A stretch of 55,792 nt of DNA, filler included, from Sphacelaria rigidula (Eukaryota): NCBI GenBank assembly GCA_964200075.2. It is 4 parts of 4 records of this genome, joined end to end, with 100 filler letters (N's around TTAATTAATTAA, not from the genome) between each part and the next. Parts side by side here need not be neighbours in the genome. Positions count along the whole stretch, not along the records: positions 41,921 to 55,792 come from CAXNAA020002619.1; 3 more parts are not named here. One strand, given 5' to 3'. The position numbers were made by a program, and so were the translations under genes. The notes under the pieces are model-generated. The model saw only the letters and a list, made by a program, of their open reading frames with translations, was not told where the DNA came from and ran no database searches. Positions 50,221-55,792 of this stretch are shown one piece after another. Within the stretch, counting starts at the first letter, position 1; every line of letters begins with the position of its first letter.

Positions 50221-50346
50221 GGTAGGTACGTCGACTCAGAGCCACTGTATGAGCGCTACCAGACGATCGAGGAGAAGGTGCTAGGCCCTCAGCACTCGAG
50301 GTTGGTCACAATGCTCCACAATCATGCGGTATTGTATGGTGCTCAG
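50221..50346 (+). CDS. 42-aa TPR exon 8 (most diverged)
   Basis: 126 nt, GRYVDSEPLYERYQTIEEKVLGPQHSRLVTMLHNHAVLYGAQ. Confidence 0.75.
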
Positions 50347-52887
50347 GTGAGAGCCGATAGAGATGTTTGATTATGGTGTGTGGGCGTGTAAAGGGCCATG
50401 TGTAGTGTTTGATGCTGTTCGCTGATGCTGCGGGGCCATGGGTGCGGCGGAAGTAACTTGTGGTACGTCACGGTCATGAAGACCAGATGGAGTACCGTTG
50501 ATATTGAGCATGCAGGGCTACCGGCTGCGCACCGGGGAGGAGCGGTCGGGCGAGCGTTCCGCCGCAGATTTGGGTTGAGCTGTGACTTTGTGGCCAACCT
50601 GTCATCACCGTGAGGTTTGGGGATCGGGGGTTTCACGCTCGATTCTAAGGATACAATACCTGCTGGGTGCACAATAGGGCTGGGTTGTGACAACAGCTGG
50701 CTCGCCACAGTGGCTGGTTCGATTTCGTGTGAGTTTCGGTGTCGCGGGTCCGGCCAGCGATACAGTATGTCCTGTGCGCCGGGGCACTCGATGTGGCAAC
50801 GGTGGGTCAGAACTGGGCGTTTTTGCCAGCGGGGAACAGCGATGATGTAGGTGCTTTCAGGAGAGAAATGACTTTGACACTGCCTTCCCCTCAATCGTGC
50901 GATTCTGCTTTCAAGGATCTTTTCGATGCATGTCCCGGTGCTTTCGTGTGGTCCGCGTGTTTTCGTGTTGTACTGTAGGTCTACAACTTGGATTTCGCAC
51001 GATCGGTGATGCTCAAAACCGTCCTAGTGAGCTAAATAGTGTATTGCGTGCCGGCACCACACGCGCAAGAGGTCCACCCATGCTGTCCGCAGGAGCGGCA
51101 GTATCTACTGAATTCCGGCCAAACGTTTTCGACCCAAATGACGCACACTGGTGGGAAAAGGCTTCAATCTCTCTGTTGCGAAGACATTATTCAGTGTGTC
51201 GTCAACTGGCCAGCTCATGGACCTTCTTCGGGAGGGGCACATGTCAATTCGAGAGTTTGTAGCATGTGCATGATGAACATAAATAAGGTCAAACTCTTGT
51301 TGATAGCCAATCGTGATCGGAAACCGAAACAAACGTGCCCCTTGGAATATCGATGCTGATGCGTCTTGTTCGAGCAAGCACGCGGAATGTCTCTCGAGAG
51401 GGAACCATGCTCATGTCCAAAGCTACGTGCAGGTTATTGTGCATGCCTCGATACAACCTGTACCAATCGTATTTGTCATAGGACGCGAACCATGAGTACG
51501 GCCCAATATCGTCGCGCAAGTAAGGCATCCTGAGTCAACCGCATCTGCCGGGTGTCGCTGAACCGAGTCGCGAATTGATTGACGTGCCTCTTTGTGTTGC
51601 AAGACCTGCCCGAGACCAGTTTCACCGGTCCTCCAACATGACATATGCAGCCTCATCACTGCACTAGAAATATCCTCATTCATATCTGTACCCAACAACT
51701 AAAGCAAGTCGAGAGTTGACTGGCGTGGCAGGTTATTTCACATAATCTTGGTACGCTGAATTTCCTCCTTCTCGGGCCGTGATGCTCTTTTTCGTCTTGA
51801 TGAACCACAACATTGAGCTCACAACCGAATGCAACCTCTGGCAATATCGAGCATCCTTCCGCAATGGATGCGTAGAATAGTATACGGCATTAGTCGCAGA
51901 TGCCGTATCACATTAAACCATTTCGCATGTCTGTTGCCGTTAATTGGTCAAGGATCGTTCGTGCTCATCTGCAGCTCGAAGTTATCATCCTGAGTCATTT
52001 TTTCGTGCCACTTTTTTGTTCAATACATTGATACATATATTCGGATTTATAAGTTTTGCTCCACACAAAAATTGATCAACATGGGCTGCGCTTGCTGTCG
52101 CGCCAGCACATGAGCCCACATGAATAGATCCCATCGTGCTGATAGATTCGTTTCATTGCGGTATTCATGCCCTGCTGGAAACGGATCCCCAACCCTGCGC
52201 GCCGTCCATCTTGGTACACTGTATGATCCGGTGGGTTGCCGGGCGTTGTCAATAATGATGACAATATCCATGTCCATCATAACATATGTCCCATGCGAGG
52301 ATGAACGGGACTGTCACTATTCGGATCCTGAGTGTACGTATTTGTGACTACACAAATTGTCGTTGCCATCACTCCTTGAAAGGGTGTACACTCACCGAAT
52401 ACTACTTGTAAATGGTCAATCTCGCTGTGATAACGCCGGTGCTTGGTCCGTGGTGCATAACTCTGACGGCTGTCGCCTCCCTAGAGTCGGCTGCCAATGT
52501 GACGAAACTATTGGCCTACACACCGCTGAACCCGTCTCGTCACACCACTCCCCGCACCGCCAGAGCTCTCATAAAGCTGTCAGACATCGCGGCCAAGACC
52601 GCCGTGCTGGCTCCGCTGTTAGTGTTCGACGCCGGCGCTGCTCCTCTATTGGCGATTGATAGCACGAGCACACGAGCCTGGAGTTTGGGAGAGGTGGATC
52701 GCGACCTCCGCAAGATCAGTTACCGTGACCATCGCTGAGGTTGGCAGTGTCTTTTCCGCGCCCAGCGCTCGCCCCACCCGTTGCCTGCTTCATGATAATC
52801 CTTAGACCGTGGTGGTAGTCCATCTGGATCATGCATACTTTTTTCGAGTGAAATTGATGCCGGTTCGAACAAATGACTTACTCTCGC

Positions 52888-53240
52888 TGTGGGGGGGGGG
52901 GGGGGCGTGCTCATGTATTGCTGGCCTCGGTCATTCGCCCGTTGACCACGCATCCCTTTCAAGGCGGAGCACCGTTTCTACTCCTTGTAGAGATATCTCC
53001 AACATTGTGGCGCTCATTACGCTGTTCCCATACATTACACGAGAACCCTTTACAAACCTTATCCCCTTCGTGGATCGCCACCTGTGGCCACCGTCTCATC
53101 TCCCGGTATAGCGATCATTTTCTGCCCGCGATCTAAAGCGTCAAAAGATTTCTCGTCACTATCGTTTTGTTCCCCCATCAACTCCACTAGCACGCCCCGT
53201 TCCTCCTGGTATAGTTCATATAGTCCACACTCTGGACAAT
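52888..53240 (-). mobile_element. Decayed 3' end of a LINE-like element
   Basis: Frameshifted peptide ECGLYELYQEERGVL...SFDALDRGQKMIAI...VWEQRNERHNVG...SRNGAP...GCVVNGRMTEASNT* ends at a poly-C tail; the same tail motif recurs at 13515-13583; the LINE assignment is from recall, not a search. Confidence 0.5.
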
Positions 53241-54054
53241 ACAATTTGTAATATGTATTTATATATATTGCCCGCTCAAAATGTCGACGCGTCGGGTGGT
53301 CAATATATATTGGGCGAGCAATATGATGGCACGAGAAACAGGTCAATTATATATCTATATGTCATCAATGTGTCAAGGCTCGCGATATGGAATATACATA
53401 CGTATATATATATATATATATATCGACCGAACAACGTAATCCTTACGGTATATCACCAAGCAATCTTCTCATGTCTCTATTCGTTCTAGGTGGGTGCATT
53501 CCCAATTCTGCACTCAATGCAGAATTACGTCGTTTTTGAGCACCCAAGCATTTTCTGAGCCACTACCATCGGTACTATTTCCAGCTGCTTCGCGAGCTTC
53601 ACGCTCCCTTCCTCGACTTCTCATTTCTTTTTATTTTCTATCTTTGGTACGGTCATATTCACCAGAGTACAAATCTTAGTCTCACTGTCGAGGTGCGAGT
53701 CTCTCAGGGTGACTTCCATCTAGCCTATATGCGACTTATCCTCTCCTACTGATTCATGTATGCGTGCATCCCATGAACAGGCTTCGTGATCGGTTAACAG
53801 GTGATGCGCAGCTTAATTCGAGAAGGAAGGCGCTGAAAAATTGACTCATTTCTTGGGCTACCTAGAAAAAAAAGTTAGAGCGGTTCGAAGTTTCGGGAGA
53901 AAGTAGATAATACCATATCTCTATGAAAAGAACGAGAAAACAAGTGGGGTAGCTTCAATCGCGAATTATTACCCTGCGCGTAAAGATCCTCGTGAAAGAT
54001 CGGTTGTCTCCTAAAATTGGGCTGCTCGTGCAACGTTTTGTGTGACACTACTGC

Positions 54055-54117
54055 GTCTTGGTGGTCTAACCGATACAGTAGACTCAGGTTACGGAGAACA
54101 CGAGTTCAAATCCCAAC
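54055..54117 (+). pseudogene. Degenerate tRNA-Leu-like sequence or SINE head
   Basis: GTGGTCTAA (D-loop-like)...GACTCAGGTT...GAGTTCAAATCCCA (B-box); stems broken. Confidence 0.35.
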
Positions 54118-55089
54118 AATAAATGTTTTTGTGCCGAACATGGTTCGTCATTGAGGTATTTCATATACAGAATATCCCCGTTTCAGGGGAAAACGATGAT
54201 TTCAGCACTTTGTCACGAGCATCTAGCCCGAACGTGCGTGCGCGAAACTGTTTTTGCTTGTCTCAGCGTGCGTTCGGCTATTCACCAAAGACTATGTAGA
54301 AAACTATTCCGCCGCCGTGGAGGCCCAGTCGCAGAAATCAGAAATTACCGTCAGCATGTTCTTTTCCGCCCATGAAAACAATTCACCACTGGGGACTGGG
54401 TCGAGAAAAAACATTTTAGCCCAGTTCCAGCTATTCACTTGTGCCTGTTCTTGTTGTACGTGAGAATCGGCTCTAAGGTCCTCTCCTGTGGTGGAGCTTC
54501 TGACGAGCTTGATGCCATCTCGCAGCATTCCCAGTGCACTCTTGACCGTGCGTGTCAAAGTCATATATGTTTCACCGCGTTTTCTACACAAAACGTTCTT
54601 GAAACACGCTGTAACGCCACGAAGTGAGATGCACCCGATATTCAACGCAGTCCAGAACGTCATCGCCAAAATACCGCAAATCGAACCGCGGAGGACCCGT
54701 GCATGGCGACGTTGGTCGGCAGTTCACATCGATATGCTGACATCGGACTGATTCGGGAAGGTTTGATAATTGATGTGTGCCCAGAGCTTCTACGTTTTAC
54801 GACTGACCTAGCTCATACCTCAAGGTATGTACACTGGTCTACGATTGATTGGTAATTCCTCGTCTCCACACTAGCTTTTGAATTTCCTGGGTTCTCCTTA
54901 TCTGCGTTACACAACTACCGCGCATATTTTTACGTTCGCTGTCTCTCTCCTTTTCCTCGCGGTCAGTAACAGTGCATGTATTCCAAACCCTACAATTTTG
55001 GTTTTCTCTGTCCTGTAGCTGTGTCATATATGACATATTGCCATCAGATGTATTTGCACTTGGTTGGGTGCTGATTGCATCTGCTGGTA

Positions 55090-55545
55090 TTCATGACTGG
55101 GCACTTGGACACTGATCGGTCCACGGGCGCCTGAATGATTCCTGCCCGGGTTCTGGGATGCCTTCGGTTCCGCGGACACCGAAGTAGGGCTAAGGTATCG
55201 GGTTAGTCACAAGGCGGTGTTAAAGATATATGTTTAACCCGTGAGCATTGTGCTCTTTTGGCTGAACACCGTCAAAATGACCCTTGCTTCTTGTATTTTG
55301 TGTCAAATAACTGCATCATGTGTGACACATTTTTTATGGGATGCTTTTGCACTTTGGTGCAGGCTGCATCACTTAGGTAGACATGACTAGGCACTGGGAC
55401 ACCGACCGGTCCACGGGCGCTTGACGTATTCCTGCCCGGGTTCTGGGATGCCTTCGGTTCCACTGACACTGGAGTAGGACAAAGTCTTAGCGTTAGTACC
55501 GAAGCGGTGGGTCGGATGTTTATCTTGCGAGCATTGTGCTCTTTG
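55090..55545. repeat. Diverged direct duplication (about 170 bp, period about 290 bp)
   Basis: CATGACT.GGCACT.GGACAC.GA.CGGTCCACGGGCGC...TTCCTGCCCGGGTTCTGGGATGCCTTCGGTTCC...GAGCATTGTGCTCTTT at about 55092 and 55382. Confidence 0.8.
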
Positions 55546-55792
55546 GTGAAACATCAACATATTCTTTGCTTCGTATCATTTTGTGGCATAAAAGTGCGTC
55601 ACATAATAGCAAATTGTGCGAATTGAGGTTTAACTTCGAGATGAGGTTCAAGTGGGCAACCCGACTTGTGAACGTTTTGTAGTAGAAGTATCGAGGACAA
55701 GCTCTTATTCGGAAGAAGTTACTTGTGGAGGTGAACCCGTGATGCGTCATTTTCAGTATGTCCAAGAATCGATATAAGTTAGTCGGGTGGGC

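Larger units (their letters stand above)
46610..50590 (+). repeat. Tandem array of eight TPR exon-plus-intron cassettes (unit about 420 bp)
   Basis: Repeated ...GACGCCCTCGCGCTGTTTCCTACAATGCAG|GGTAGGTACG...GCTCAG|GTGAG... with homologous introns of about 300 bp. Confidence 0.95.

Noticed and set aside
46610-50590. CRISPR-like or satellite interpretation of the periodic array
   Set aside because: Units are about 420 bp with homologous rather than unique spacers, and they contain GT/AG-bounded coding exons
50600-52000. Decayed ORFs downstream of the TPR array as a terminal exon or associated recombinase
   Set aside because: Multiple stops, no supportable motif and no convincing phase-0 terminal exon
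53059-53346. CPEC-containing ORF as the missing TFIIE-alpha zinc ribbon
   Set aside because: Wrong strand and different contig; fits a LINE-like C-terminal remnant better

Overview
Eukaryotic, intron-rich and repeat-rich DNA, most consistent with a brown alga (Phaeophyceae); this is inferred from the 42-aa one-repeat-per-exon TPR modules and the repeat landscape. The window is not one locus. It is four near-equal-length contigs (1-13874, 13975-27847, 27948-41820, 41921-55792) joined by artificial N44-TTAATTAATTAA-N44 linkers. Contig 1 holds a complete 3-exon RPL7 gene (minus) head-to-head with the first two exons of a TFIIE-alpha gene (plus). It also has a hAT-type element with an 8-bp TSD and a tandem pair of box C/D-like units in introns. 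Contig 2 is mostly repeats and decayed ORFs, plus a candidate 4-exon fragment of unknown function. Contig 3 has a decayed gag with a CCHC knuckle and a multi-exon alpha-carbonic anhydrase (minus, 5' end unresolved). Contig 4 has the most interesting feature: a tandem array of eight phase-0 TPR exon cassettes with near-identical introns (about 46610-50590). Variation is concentrated at ligand-groove positions, some cassettes are mosaic or broken, one intron carries a mariner-like insertion, and no parent-gene exons are recognisable nearby. All exon coordinates were derived by hand from GT/AG sites and frame continuity; no database searches were run.
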